A DNA stretch of 64,000 bases from NCBI GenBank assembly GCA_905192745.1, contig CAJJLZ010000005.1, positions 6,038-70,037 on the forward strand. The letters are read 5' to 3'. The notes beneath the pieces were generated by a model, which saw only the letters and a list, made by a program, of their open reading frames with translations, searched no databases and was not told where the DNA came from. Every line of letters begins with the position of its first letter. The first letter of the stretch is position 1. The DNA is from an uncultured Oscillospiraceae bacterium (GTDB lineage: Bacteria > Bacillota > Clostridia > Oscillospirales > Acutalibacteraceae). A program made the position numbers and the translations under genes. Positions 39,619 through 49,545 of the stretch are shown here, piece after piece.

Positions 39619-39647
39619 AAATCGGAATATTTATGCCCGCTAAAGAC

Positions 39648-39680
39648 AAAACCGCCGCCCCATTTCCGGGCGGCGGTTTT
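39648..39680 (+). terminator. degV terminator
   Basis: AAACCGCCGCCC / GGGCGGCGGTTTT stem and T run. Confidence 0.75.
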
Positions 39681-39869
39681 GCTGTGCGGCGGAACAGCCG
39701 GAGGCCCCCCGGGACTGGCCGGCCGGGAGAAATATTGTGGATTCGATCGGGGGACCAGATTGAACAGGGAATGCGAAACCGGTGATTTTCGCGCTTTTTC
39801 CGCTTTTTTCGGCTTTTGACTTCCCGGAGCGAATCCGGTATGATACGGGTAAGGCCTTAAAAAATAACA

Positions 39870-40709
39870 GTGAGGATGAAAAAAGTGGAGAAAGTGGAAA
39901 AGAAAATGCCCAAATTTGTAAAACGCCTGTTGATTATTGTGCCCTGTGCCATAGTGGCGCTGATTGTGATAGTCAGCTGCTTTGACATTGTACCGGCCGG
40001 CTTCAAGGGGGTCAAGCTGACCATGGGAGCGGTTGACGGTACGGTGCTCAATGAAGGGCTGGCGTTCAAGCTGCCTTTTGCCCAGCAGATCGTCCATGTG
40101 GACGCCCGGGTGAAAAAGTATACGCTGGAGGGGGAAACCTCCGCCAGTAAGGATATGCAGTCCATCACCACCAACGTGGCTCTGAACTACCGGGTGGACG
40201 GTGCCAATGTGGATGAGCTGTACAAGAATCTGAGCCTTAATTATGAGGATACCATCATCGCTCCGGCCGTGTCCGAATGCATTAAGTCGGTCACCTCCCA
40301 GTATACGGCCGAGGAGGCCATCACCCGCCGCAGCGAAATTTCCTCGCAGATGAAGGATATGCTCAAGGAACGGCTGGAGGACAAATACATATTTGTGGAC
40401 AGCCTCAACATCACCGATCTGACTTTCAGCGCGGCCTTCGACAAGGCCATTGAGGAAAAACAGGTGGCGGAACAGAACGCCCTGAAGGCGAAGTACGACT
40501 TGGAGCGGATCAAAACCGAGGCCGAGCAGGCGGTAATCAAAGCTCAGGGCGAGGCGGAGGCCATGGAGATCAAAAACAAGGCGCTGACCGAGAGCATCAT
40601 TGAACTGGAGTTTCTGGAAAAATGGGACGGGAAAATGCCTGCCTATTACGGCGGAGACGCGGACCTGCTTCTGTCTCTCACCCCGGATAAGGATACGGAT
40701 GCGGAATAA
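39870..40709 (+). CDS. SPFH/band-7 (prohibitin-like) membrane protein
   Basis: N-terminal TM, an SPFH core and a coiled-coil (EQNALKAKYDLERIKTEAEQAVIKAQGEAEA). The real start may be the ATG at 39876 or 39906. Confidence 0.8.
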   Translation: MRMKKVEKVEKKMPKFVKRLLIIVPCAIVALIVIVSCFDIVPAGFKGVKLTMGAVDGTVLNEGLAFKLPFAQQIVHVDARVKKYTLEGETSASKDMQSITTNVALNYRVDGANVDELYKNLSLNYEDTIIAPAVSECIKSVTSQYTAEEAITRRSEISSQMKDMLKERLEDKYIFVDSLNITDLTFSAAFDKAIEEKQVAEQNALKAKYDLERIKTEAEQAVIKAQGEAEAMEIKNKALTESIIELEFLEKWDGKMPAYYGGDADLLLSLTPDKDTDAE

Positions 40710-40746
40710 CGGAGTAATCCGCATATAGAATAACGGAAATTCGGAA

Positions 40747-40789
40747 AAGAGCCGCCGCAAAACGTTCGTTTCGTTCTGCGGCGGCTCTT
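40747..40789. terminator. Stem-loop between the convergent SPFH and MFS genes
   Basis: AAGAGCCGCCGCA / TGCGGCGGCTCTT, 13-bp arms. Confidence 0.55.
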
Positions 40790-40834
40790 CGTTGTTGCCG
40801 TAAAGCGCCGGCTTTCTTTGGCGCGTCGGCCGGA

Positions 40835-42016
40835 TTATCCGGAGTACCGGCCCTGCTTTTTTAATCGGGCGCCGAGCAGCCATGTCGCCGCAATCATCAC
40901 GGCGAACAGCGCCAGCAGATAATAGGGGAAAACAAAAGCGCCGGCCGCCTGCGCCAGAAAGCCGAACACAGGTGGCATCAGCATAATCCCCATGTAGGTG
41001 GCCGCCATCTGGGTCCCCATGACCGACTGGGAAATATCCCGGCCGAAGTTCGCCGGAGTCAGATGGATCAGGTTGGGGAAAACCGGGCCGACGCCGAGGC
41101 CGATCAGGAACAGCCCGGCGGCGGAGGAAAAAGAGGACGGAAGGGCGAGCAGCAGGAGGGCGGCCAGCATAATTCCCTGTCCGATATAGATCAGCTTCCA
41201 GCTGGAAAGCCGGGCCGACAATATCCCGGAAAGGAACCGGCTGAGCGTCATGCCCACATAATACACGGTGATGATTCCCGCGGCCTGTTCCGCCGTCATC
41301 CCCTTGGCGTCCACCAGAAAGGTGCTGCCCCAGGTCCCGCAAGTATTTTCAATCGCACAGGAACCGATGAAAATCCACCACACGGTCCGCACAGCCGGAA
41401 TTTTCATCATTTCCGTCATGCGAAGCGTTTTCACCGGCTCCGTTTCCACGGAATCGGAAACCGCGGGCCGCGTCTTTTTCCACAGGGGCAGGGACAGGAG
41501 GACGATCAGGACGATGACCGTCTGGACAAAAAATGCCCGGCGGTAGCCAAGCCGCCATTGATTTCCGTCGGCCAAGGCCAGCGACATCAGATACGGGCTG
41601 AGGGAAACCCCGATCCCGTAAAAGCAGTGCAGAAAATTCATGTGTGCCGCCCGATAATGAAGCGCCACATAGTTGTTAAGGCCGGAATCAATAGCCCCGG
41701 CGCCGATGCCGAGGGGAAGGGCGAAGAGGCACAGCCACGGCAGGTTTCCGGAGAGGGAGAAGCCGAGCAGCGCCGCGGCGGTCAGGGCGGTACTGGCCGC
41801 GGTGACTGCGGCCGTCCCCAACCGGTTGATAATCCGGGCGCTCAGAAGGCTGGACACGACCGTACAGCCGGAAATCAGCAGCGTCACAACGCTGGCCGCC
41901 GAAACCGGCAAATCAAATTCCGGATAGATGGCCGGCCAGACGGTGCCGAACAGAGAGTCCGGAACGCCCAGACCGATGAAGGCAATATAGATCACGAATA
42001 AAAGCAGAGTCGCCAT
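40835..42016 (-). CDS. MFS transporter
   Basis: 393 aa with about 12 TM helices and MFS-like loop motifs. Confidence 0.8.
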   Translation of the reverse strand: MATLLLFVIYIAFIGLGVPDSLFGTVWPAIYPEFDLPVSAASVVTLLISGCTVVSSLLSARIINRLGTAAVTAASTALTAAALLGFSLSGNLPWLCLFALPLGIGAGAIDSGLNNYVALHYRAAHMNFLHCFYGIGVSLSPYLMSLALADGNQWRLGYRRAFFVQTVIVLIVLLSLPLWKKTRPAVSDSVETEPVKTLRMTEMMKIPAVRTVWWIFIGSCAIENTCGTWGSTFLVDAKGMTAEQAAGIITVYYVGMTLSRFLSGILSARLSSWKLIYIGQGIMLAALLLLALPSSFSSAAGLFLIGLGVGPVFPNLIHLTPANFGRDISQSVMGTQMAATYMGIMLMPPVFGFLAQAAGAFVFPYYLLALFAVMIAATWLLGARLKKQGRYSG

Positions 42017-42104
42017 ACCGGTATCCTCACTCGCACGGATTTTTTCTGTGAGCTATCATACAGGAACCGGGAAGGGATTGCAACCGCTTTTTTTGCCGGT
42101 TTCC

Positions 42105-42140
42105 CGCAAAAAAGACTGCAAACGGTTCGGTTTGCAGTCT
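42105..42140 (-). terminator. Terminator of the zinc-ribbon protein gene
   Basis: AGACTGCAAAC / GTTTGCAGTCT stem followed by TTTTTTGCG on the minus strand. Confidence 0.65.
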
Positions 42141-42172
42141 CCAAAAACATATTTAAACCCTCCGGGGCCTTT

Positions 42173-43222
42173 CTATTTGCTGGGAATCAGCCGGATATCC
42201 AGCCCGGTAACCGCCAGCTCCGCCCCATCGGAAAGGTTGACGTTGCGGAATTCCTTAACCGCGCCGTTTTCCTCGGTTTCCGCCATATGGGCATAAATCC
42301 CTCCGGCCGTTTCCGCACCGGATACCACCAATCCGTCCCCGCGCAGCACGCACACCGTGTAAACGCCGGCCGAAAAATCCTCTCCGGCCCGGAAGGTGGC
42401 CGAAGGAGGCGGAACGGGGGAGGTCGTCCCCGTCGAACCGGCGGAGGAACCGGCGGCGCTCCCGGTTGAACCGGTCGTATTTCCGCCCGCGCCGGTTACA
42501 TTCCCGGTTGAACCCGTTGTGTTTCCGGCCGAACCCGCAGCGCTTCCCGTCGTGTCGCCGGTGGGACTGCTCTCCGTGCCGCTGAGGACGGCGAGGGTTA
42601 CCGGTTCCACCGCGGTGTTGCTGCGGGCCGAGGTGGTGCCCGTGGCGGTTCCCCGGACACGGATCGTCATGCCGGTGGCGGTCAGCGTGTCGCCCACCGC
42701 CAAGGAAACATCCTCAAAGCCGCAGATCGTGTCGGGGCCTCCCTGAGCGATCAGGGTTTCGTCCACCACGCCAAGAGCGGTGAAGAGGCGTCCCTCGCCC
42801 TTTTCAGCGGTGATGGTATACAAACCGGCGGGAATGTCCACCCCGACGACATAGTGGCCGCTGGGAAGCAGCTCGTCGTAAGATGTCTCCGTTCCGTCTG
42901 CGCCGGAGGAAAGAACGCCGTTTGCCGGCAGAAGGAAACCCCAGTTCCCGCCGTACCGCCGCGCGGTCACCGCCGCCCCGGCCGCCAATATCGCCGCCGC
43001 CGCGGCAAGGATCGCCGCGTTGCGCATCCAGTGGCTGGGACGCGGCGCTTTTTTCAAAGCGGGCGCGTCCTCCCGACCGGTCTGCGAAACGGGGGAATCC
43101 GGCGCGCCGCCCGCCGCCTTGGCGGAAAGCGCCGTCTCATCGGACGGATTTGCTGGCGATACCCGTCCGCAGGCGGGACAAAAATCGCCGTTGTAGGTTT
43201 TGCCGCAGTTCGGGCAGATCAT
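42173..43222 (-). CDS. Zinc-ribbon membrane protein with low-complexity G/T/S linker
   Basis: MICPNCGKTYNGDFCPACG zinc ribbon, one TM (AAILAAAAAILAAGAAV), two beta-rich segments with (I/F)xAG(L/V)YT motifs, and a GNTTGSTG-type repeat linker. Confidence 0.65.
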   Translation of the reverse strand: MICPNCGKTYNGDFCPACGRVSPANPSDETALSAKAAGGAPDSPVSQTGREDAPALKKAPRPSHWMRNAAILAAAAAILAAGAAVTARRYGGNWGFLLPANGVLSSGADGTETSYDELLPSGHYVVGVDIPAGLYTITAEKGEGRLFTALGVVDETLIAQGGPDTICGFEDVSLAVGDTLTATGMTIRVRGTATGTTSARSNTAVEPVTLAVLSGTESSPTGDTTGSAAGSAGNTTGSTGNVTGAGGNTTGSTGSAAGSSAGSTGTTSPVPPPSATFRAGEDFSAGVYTVCVLRGDGLVVSGAETAGGIYAHMAETEENGAVKEFRNVNLSDGAELAVTGLDIRLIPSK

Positions 43223-43284
43223 GCGCTACCTTGCCTTTCCGGCCCGCCGGGGCCTTGCCGAGGTGAAGGGGACGGACGAACCGC

Positions 43285-43590
43285 TCAGCCGCCGATCAGG
43301 CGCCGCAGACGGACGATCTCCTCCGCGGTGAGAGCGGGCACGGTTTCTGCGCCGCCCGTTTCCTTGGGGTGCAGGGAGGGAACGTCGACCCGGCCGAGAA
43401 GATAATCCACCGAACAGTCAAAATAATCAGCCAGCGAGGCCAGCTTATCCGCCGAGGGCATGGAGCCGCGCTTCATATTATCCAATACGCTTTTATTCAG
43501 CCCGCTTTCCCGCAGAACCTGATTGATACTGATTCCGCGCTGCCGGGCGAGGGCGGTAATCCGTTCAATGACCGTTTGCACGTTAATCAT
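43285..43590 (-). CDS. XRE-family helix-turn-helix regulator
   Basis: 101 aa with a Cro/C1-type HTH (ALARQRGISINQVLRESGLNKSVLDNMKRG). Confidence 0.85.
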   Translation of the reverse strand: MINVQTVIERITALARQRGISINQVLRESGLNKSVLDNMKRGSMPSADKLASLADYFDCSVDYLLGRVDVPSLHPKETGGAETVPALTAEEIVRLRRLIGG

Positions 43591-43826
43591 TGGAAAATCT
43601 ACGTCCTTTCCGGGCCTTACATCCGGAAAGGATACAAAGCCTGATTAATACGAATCCCGAATAAAAAGGATGTCCTCTTGTCGGCGCCGCGCCGCGTTCC
43701 GCCGTTTTTCGGCTGCCGTAAATTGATTGTACACTTTCCGGGATTTCCTGTCAACAGCCGGGGAAAAACTTCCGCCCGGGAGGCAGAACTCCGGAAATAT
43801 ATGGATATTTGTTGCCGTTTTTTCTT

Positions 43827-43869
43827 TGTAAAAGCAATACGGGCCGGCCATTCTGCCGACCCGTATCGC
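43827..43869 (-). terminator. Terminator of the TetR-MMPL-lipoprotein operon
   Basis: Imperfect 14-bp stem (two mismatches) followed by TTTTAC on the minus strand, just after the stop at 43897. Confidence 0.5.
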
Positions 43870-43896
43870 TTTTCTGGGAGGATGCATTGCCCGTGG

Positions 43897-46563
43897 TTAC
43901 GTCTCGTCCTTTTTAAAGAGGTTCTTTATCCAGCCGATCAGACCGGCGGGGGCTTCTTTCGTGTCCGCCGCCGTTTCCTCCGCCTCCGGCTTGCGGATGG
44001 CGTCGGTTTTCATAATAAATTTCACATCGGTGTCCATTCCTTCCGCCGCGTCGGTGAAAAGACGGTAGTCGTCCGAAAGCTTCAGATAGGCTTCCGCCCG
44101 CGCCTTCAGAGTATCCGCCGATTCCAGCAGCGAAAGGTAGCTGCCCACCGTGTCCTCGGCCTGCAAACGGTCCAGTTTGCTTACGATGCCGGCGGCGAGA
44201 GCGGTATTCTCCGGGTCGGTTGCCAGCGTCAGCGCGTCGGCAATCTGCCGGTTTGCTTCCAGATCGGCCTTCATCTTCAGCAGGGTGGCCAGTGTGGAGG
44301 GCGCGTCTTTCAGCCGTGCTTCCGACTGCGGATCCTCCAGCCCCGCGGCGAGCGCGTCCAACACCGGCTTCGCGTCGTTCAGGTCCTGCCGGAGGGTGGG
44401 GAGCATTCTGGCAAAAGCCTGCATGGCGGGATCCTCCATCGTCCCCATCAGTTCTTCCAGCAGGGCGAGATTTTCCGCGTTATCGTCGAGGTCGGCTTTC
44501 ATCGCCACCAGCTTCCGGCTTGTCTGCTGCAGATAGGCCATGGTTTCCTTGTCCTCCAGCAGCGATTCCAGTCCGACGATCTGTTCCCGGTTCTGTTCCA
44601 GTCCGGCCACCAGCTCGTTCAGCCCGGGCATCAGGTTCTGAACAAAGTGCAGGGAGTTCTGCACCTGCTCGGTTCCCAGCGCGTCCAGCCGGCCGCCGAG
44701 CGCCTTCGCCTCCGTCAGGAGCGCTTTTACCTTCTGCGAAACGGCGGCGCTCTGCTGCCGTACGGTTTCCTCCGCCTGCGAAAGCTGTGTCAGGATCGCC
44801 GGCTGAATCTGGCCGACAATGCCGCGCAGGGCGGGCAAATATGCCGCGGGGACGGCGTTCGGGGAGGACAGCAGGGAAATCAGCGCACGAATCTGCGCTT
44901 TTTCCTCTTCACCGGTGTCCGGCCGGGCCGCCGCCATATTCAAACAGACGGTGACGACCGTCCGTTGGTCGGCGGTCATTTCGCCGCTGTCCGGAATCAG
45001 CTCAGCCGGGGTGGAAGAGGTCAGCAGGTTCAACTGCGGCAAGGTAAGGGAGAGGGAGGAGGCCGCTTTTTCCATCGCCTTCTGTTTTACCAGCGTCCCC
45101 ACCAGAAGGTCGATGTCTTCCTCGGTAAGGGATACGCCCTGCGCTTCCAGCTCCGCGGACAGCGCCTTCACCCCGCTCAGCAGGGTGAACGCATCGTCGC
45201 TGTATCCGAGCAGGGCCTGCATCGTCTGCATCGCCTGCGTATTGACCGAAACCTGATCCGCCAGTGCCGTACTGCCCTTCAGCAGGGCGGCGAGCTGGTC
45301 GGCTCCGCCGAGCATCCCGATCACGTCGGCCAGCCGGTCGGTGTCGATTTCGCGGAGTTCGTTAACGTCCGCCATCAGGCTCCGGATCTTCTCCCGGTCC
45401 AGCGTTTCCATCCGGTCAAGCAGGGCCAGAACGTCGGGATCGTTCAGCACTTCGCTGAGCTTCGCCTCCTTTACGTCGGCGCGGAGCCGCTCAAACAGGC
45501 CGATATTGTCTTCGGTTACTATGTCGGGGAGAGAATCCAGCAGAGACGTGTCCATCTCGTAGAAAGCGGCGAGATCGCCGGTCAGGGTTTGCGCTCCGGC
45601 GGCCGTCTGCGGATCGGTAAACAGGTCGCGGAGCAGGTGGTCGGGATCGATCTTCTGCAGCCCGTCCTGCATATCCCGCAGGTCATACAGGTTCTGTTTC
45701 ATGGAATCCAGACTGAAGTCGTTTTTCAGTTCTTCCAGCTCGGGAATGTCGGTGGTCATCGCAAAAGCCATGTTCCCCAGCTCAAAATCGGCCGCGTCCG
45801 CCGTCACGGTGAAGGATTCCGGGAAGGAAAGTTCATCCAGCCCGTCAATCCCCGCGCCGGAAAGATCGAGGCTCTTTTCCAGACCGGGAATGCAGACAAA
45901 AGCGGCGATCTGTTTGCTTCCGTCGCCAACGACCGTCCCGTTTTCCACCTGCACGTTCCGGAAGGTTTCCTCCGGCAGGATTATGCCGCCGGCCACCATG
46001 ACCGGGGTATACATGGTCACGGTTTTTCCCTCCGCCGTCACGGCGTGGGCGTCGGTGTTGGTCACGGTAATTTCGATCGTGATCCGGCCGGATTTGCCGG
46101 CGAGATCAGCCGGGGCGGTTTCCTTTCCATCCAGCAGATAGCGAACGCGGAGATCCACCGGCAGCTTTTTTTCGCTGACGCCTTTGTAATACAGGTCGGT
46201 GCCCGCCACGCTCCAGATGAGGGAGGAACCGTCCTGTACGGGGGCTTCGTTCCCCTTGATGTTCTGGATATCCGTCAGGTCGCTTTTATCCCGAACCGTG
46301 ACCCCGGCGGTGTCGGTATGGAGCCAGTCGGTCACCAGCTTCATGGTCGGGTTGCCCTGCGCGTCCATAGTGACGTAGACGGTTTCGGATTTCCGCACCG
46401 AGCCGGCCGTGCCGCCCGCGGAAACGCTCTTTTCCGGCTCGTCGTCCGACGGCGTGCCGGCGGGGACGGTCTTGGCTCCGCCCGCGTTACAGGCGGTCAG
46501 GGTGATCAGCGCCCCCGCCAGGAGAACGCAGAGCCCGCTTTTCGCATAGGTTATCCATTTCAT
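43897..46563 (-). CDS. 888-aa lipoprotein with long alpha-helical repeat region (YhgE/Pip-like LxxG heptads)
   Basis: Signal peptide with lipobox LTAC, a beta-rich domain of about 250 aa, then about 600 aa of helical repeats rich in xxxLxxG-type periodicity (LNELVAGLE, LDALAAGLE). An RBS lies 38 nt after the MMPL stop. Confidence 0.7.
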   Translation of the reverse strand: MKWITYAKSGLCVLLAGALITLTACNAGGAKTVPAGTPSDDEPEKSVSAGGTAGSVRKSETVYVTMDAQGNPTMKLVTDWLHTDTAGVTVRDKSDLTDIQNIKGNEAPVQDGSSLIWSVAGTDLYYKGVSEKKLPVDLRVRYLLDGKETAPADLAGKSGRITIEITVTNTDAHAVTAEGKTVTMYTPVMVAGGIILPEETFRNVQVENGTVVGDGSKQIAAFVCIPGLEKSLDLSGAGIDGLDELSFPESFTVTADAADFELGNMAFAMTTDIPELEELKNDFSLDSMKQNLYDLRDMQDGLQKIDPDHLLRDLFTDPQTAAGAQTLTGDLAAFYEMDTSLLDSLPDIVTEDNIGLFERLRADVKEAKLSEVLNDPDVLALLDRMETLDREKIRSLMADVNELREIDTDRLADVIGMLGGADQLAALLKGSTALADQVSVNTQAMQTMQALLGYSDDAFTLLSGVKALSAELEAQGVSLTEEDIDLLVGTLVKQKAMEKAASSLSLTLPQLNLLTSSTPAELIPDSGEMTADQRTVVTVCLNMAAARPDTGEEEKAQIRALISLLSSPNAVPAAYLPALRGIVGQIQPAILTQLSQAEETVRQQSAAVSQKVKALLTEAKALGGRLDALGTEQVQNSLHFVQNLMPGLNELVAGLEQNREQIVGLESLLEDKETMAYLQQTSRKLVAMKADLDDNAENLALLEELMGTMEDPAMQAFARMLPTLRQDLNDAKPVLDALAAGLEDPQSEARLKDAPSTLATLLKMKADLEANRQIADALTLATDPENTALAAGIVSKLDRLQAEDTVGSYLSLLESADTLKARAEAYLKLSDDYRLFTDAAEGMDTDVKFIMKTDAIRKPEAEETAADTKEAPAGLIGWIKNLFKKDET

Positions 46564-46601
46564 GAATAATAACGCCTCTTTCCGGTTACGATGTTACGCT
46601 C

Positions 46602-48746
46602 TTATTTCAGCAGGGGCTGGGGTTCGGGCGTTTCCGGATGGACGGAGGATTCGCCGCGGCCGGCGTCCTCCTTCTTGCCTTTCTTCCAGCCGATGGTGGT
46701 TTTACCGATCAGTTTTTCACTGGCCAGCAGCAGGGGGGTGAGGAACAGGATAATAACGATGGCGGAAATGATCGCGCCCCGGGCCAGCATGGCGCAGATA
46801 CTCTTGATGATTTCAATGTTGGAGATCAGGTACACCCCGAAGGTGGCGCAGAAAAAGACCAGCGCGCTGGTGACGATCGACCGGTCGGAGGCGTTCGCCG
46901 CGATTTTCATGGCGGTAAACCGATCCTTGCCGGACCGCAGTTCCTCCCGGAAACGGGTGGTGAGAAGGATGGCGTAGTCCACTGTCGCGCCAAGCTGGAC
47001 GCAGCCGATCACGGTGGGAGAAATGAAGGGGATCACCGTGCCGGTCAGCCACGGGATGCCGAGGTTGATGAAAATGGCCAGTTCAATGGAGGAAACCACG
47101 ATGATCGGGATGCTGATTGATCGAAAGCAGATCATGACGATCAGGAAGATCGCCGCAATGGAGATAATGTTGGTCACCAGAAAATCGGTGTTCGCAATAT
47201 CGATCAGATCCTTGGTCAAGGGGCCTTCGCCGGTAATCATCCCATTTGGGTCGTAGGCCTTGACAATGGCGTTCAACTCGTCGATTTGGGCGTTTTCATC
47301 GTCCATCGCCGCTTTGTAACGGGAGTTGACCATCATCATCTGATAGCCGTCCTTCTTGCAGATCTCCCGGATATCCTCCGGAATGAACTCCTCCGGGATG
47401 GCGGAGCCGACGAATTTGTTATAGCTCAGAACATTTTCGATTCCTTCCACCTTTTCTATCTCGGCGGTCATGGCGGAAAGGTCGCTCGCCGGCAGGCTGT
47501 CGTCCACCAGAATAAAGTGGGTGGAGGCCATGTTGAAGTCATCCTTCAGTTTGTTGGTCGCCACGATGGAAGGAAGATCCTGCGGCAGGGACTGGTCGAG
47601 GTTGTAATACATCGCCGTGTGGCTCTGCGCGTAATAGGCGGGAATCAGCAGCAGAAGAAAAATCACCACATAGACGGCCCGGCGCTTGACAAGATGGTTG
47701 TTCAGCCGGTCGAAACGGGGAACCAGACTGCGGTGACGGAAGCGATGGACAGCCTTGTCGAACGTCAGAATCAGCGCCGGCAGGATGATAACCACGCTGA
47801 GCACGCCGAGCACCACACCCTTGGCCATGACAATGCCGATATCCCGTCCGAGAGTCAGCCGCATAAAGCACAGGGCGATAAAGCCGAAAATCGTGGTCAG
47901 CGAGCTGCCGGAAAGGGAAACAAAGGTGCGTTCGATCGCGCGGGCCATGGCGTCCCGGCTGTCGCTGAATTTTTCCCGTTCCTCCTCGTACCGGTCGATC
48001 AGAAAGATGGAGTAGTCCATCGTCACGCCAAGCTGGAGGACAGCGGCAATGCATTGCGTAACATAGGAAATCTGGCCGAGAAAAATATTCGTGCCGAAGT
48101 TGTAAACAATGGCGAAGCCGATATCCAGCAGAAACAACAGCGGCAGAACCCAGGATTCGATCGACAGGCTCATGGCCGCCAGACTGAGAAGAACGGCCAG
48201 CCCAACGTAGATGGGAAGCTCCTGATCCGCAAGATCCTTGGTGTCCTTAACGATTACCGACAGGCCGCTCAAAAAGCACTGCCCGTTCATCAGTCCCCGT
48301 ATCTTGCCGATGGCGCTCATGGTTTCCTGAGAGGAGCCGGGATGGTCGTACTGGATCAGAATCATGGTGGAGGTTCCGTTCTGGCTGTAAAACACGTCCC
48401 GAATCTCGTCCGGCAGAATCTCCGCCGGCACGGTGATGTCGGTCAGATCGCTGATCCAGACGGCGTCGCTCACGCCGTCCACCTGCCGTATTTTTTCCTG
48501 CAGGGGAGCAATATCCTTTGCCGGCATGTTTTCAATAATCAACATGGAACTGGCCGCATTATGGAAGGTGCCGTCCAGAATATCCTGTCCCTTGGTGGTG
48601 TCCAGATCCTGCGGCAGATAGGACAGAATGTCGTAATTCACATAGGTGTTGACGGCGCCGATCACACTGGGAATCAGCAGCAGCACGGCGATTATCAGTA
48701 CGGCTCTGGTGTGGCGGGTAAGCCACCGTGCAAATTTTTTAATCAT
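46602..48746 (-). CDS. MMPL-family (RND superfamily) transporter
   Basis: About 714 aa with two 6-TM bundles, each containing a DY(S/A)I(F/L)L motif (GVTMDYSIFLIDRYEEE; GATVDYAILLTTRFREE). I set the start at the ATG at 48746 with a GGAGAA RBS. Confidence 0.85.
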   Translation of the reverse strand: MIKKFARWLTRHTRAVLIIAVLLLIPSVIGAVNTYVNYDILSYLPQDLDTTKGQDILDGTFHNAASSMLIIENMPAKDIAPLQEKIRQVDGVSDAVWISDLTDITVPAEILPDEIRDVFYSQNGTSTMILIQYDHPGSSQETMSAIGKIRGLMNGQCFLSGLSVIVKDTKDLADQELPIYVGLAVLLSLAAMSLSIESWVLPLLFLLDIGFAIVYNFGTNIFLGQISYVTQCIAAVLQLGVTMDYSIFLIDRYEEEREKFSDSRDAMARAIERTFVSLSGSSLTTIFGFIALCFMRLTLGRDIGIVMAKGVVLGVLSVVIILPALILTFDKAVHRFRHRSLVPRFDRLNNHLVKRRAVYVVIFLLLLIPAYYAQSHTAMYYNLDQSLPQDLPSIVATNKLKDDFNMASTHFILVDDSLPASDLSAMTAEIEKVEGIENVLSYNKFVGSAIPEEFIPEDIREICKKDGYQMMMVNSRYKAAMDDENAQIDELNAIVKAYDPNGMITGEGPLTKDLIDIANTDFLVTNIISIAAIFLIVMICFRSISIPIIVVSSIELAIFINLGIPWLTGTVIPFISPTVIGCVQLGATVDYAILLTTRFREELRSGKDRFTAMKIAANASDRSIVTSALVFFCATFGVYLISNIEIIKSICAMLARGAIISAIVIILFLTPLLLASEKLIGKTTIGWKKGKKEDAGRGESSVHPETPEPQPLLK

Positions 48747-48837
48747 ACCTGGCCTCTTTTCTCCGCAGGTTGATGGAGGAGAAACCGCCGGTTCGGTCCG
48801 CTGCGGAGGCCGGCCGGCGGGCAAAAAACATCGCCGC

Positions 48838-49431
48838 TCAACACAGCAGCTTGCCGATCAGCAGATACAGGGTGGGTTTGATTTCGTCCAGCCGGTAAGG
48901 GCTTTCGTCCAGAATCGCATCGCAGCAGACCGAACCGGCCATTTCCACCAGAATATACAGCGTCTGGAGCGCCTGCTCCTGCGATTCCCCCCGGCTCATG
49001 AAATTCTCGGTGAACCGGGCGATGGCGGTCTGGAGGTTTTCATCCGCTGCGATAAGATTGCTGCGGAAAAGCCCCTTGGACAAATCCTTCCGGATCAGCA
49101 GCAGCGCGTCCTTATGGGTGGTGAAATAGGCGAGAAGATCGTCGATGAAGCAGAACACCGCTTCCTTTAAATCGATTTTCTTCTGCGCTTTGCGTTCCTC
49201 CACCGTGGAAAGGGCGTGCTTGATTACGTCGGCGCTGCGGTACAGGATGAGCTGATCCAGCAGGTCGTATTTGTCTTTAAAGTACAGGTAAAACGTACCC
49301 TTGGCCACGCCGGCCCGTTTAACGATGTCGTCGATTACCGTGGCGTGGATTCCTTTGCTGACAAACAGCTCGCCGGCGGCCTCCAGCAGGGCCGTGCGTT
49401 TCGCGTCCTTCTTTTTTTCAATCGTTGGCAT
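48838..49431 (-). CDS. TetR/AcrR-family transcriptional regulator
   Basis: 197 aa with an N-terminal TetR HTH (ELFVSKGIHATVIDDIVKRAGVAKGTFYLYFKDK). Confidence 0.9.
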   Translation of the reverse strand: MPTIEKKKDAKRTALLEAAGELFVSKGIHATVIDDIVKRAGVAKGTFYLYFKDKYDLLDQLILYRSADVIKHALSTVEERKAQKKIDLKEAVFCFIDDLLAYFTTHKDALLLIRKDLSKGLFRSNLIAADENLQTAIARFTENFMSRGESQEQALQTLYILVEMAGSVCCDAILDESPYRLDEIKPTLYLLIGKLLC

Positions 49432-49515
49432 AGGTTGGATCCCTTCCTTCGCATGTTGTCGGGTTTCCGGTTTTCCCTCGGTTCCGTTTGTTCGGAATAA
49501 AGGAAAAGCGCAAAT

Positions 49516-49532
49516 AATGACTGTTAGTCATT
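49516..49532. promoter_or_regulatory. Candidate TetR operator 1
   Basis: AATGACT-gtt-AGTCATT perfect inverted repeat, downstream of the predicted -10 of the tetR operon promoter. Confidence 0.5.
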
Positions 49533-49545
49533 TGCTACAGGCTAC

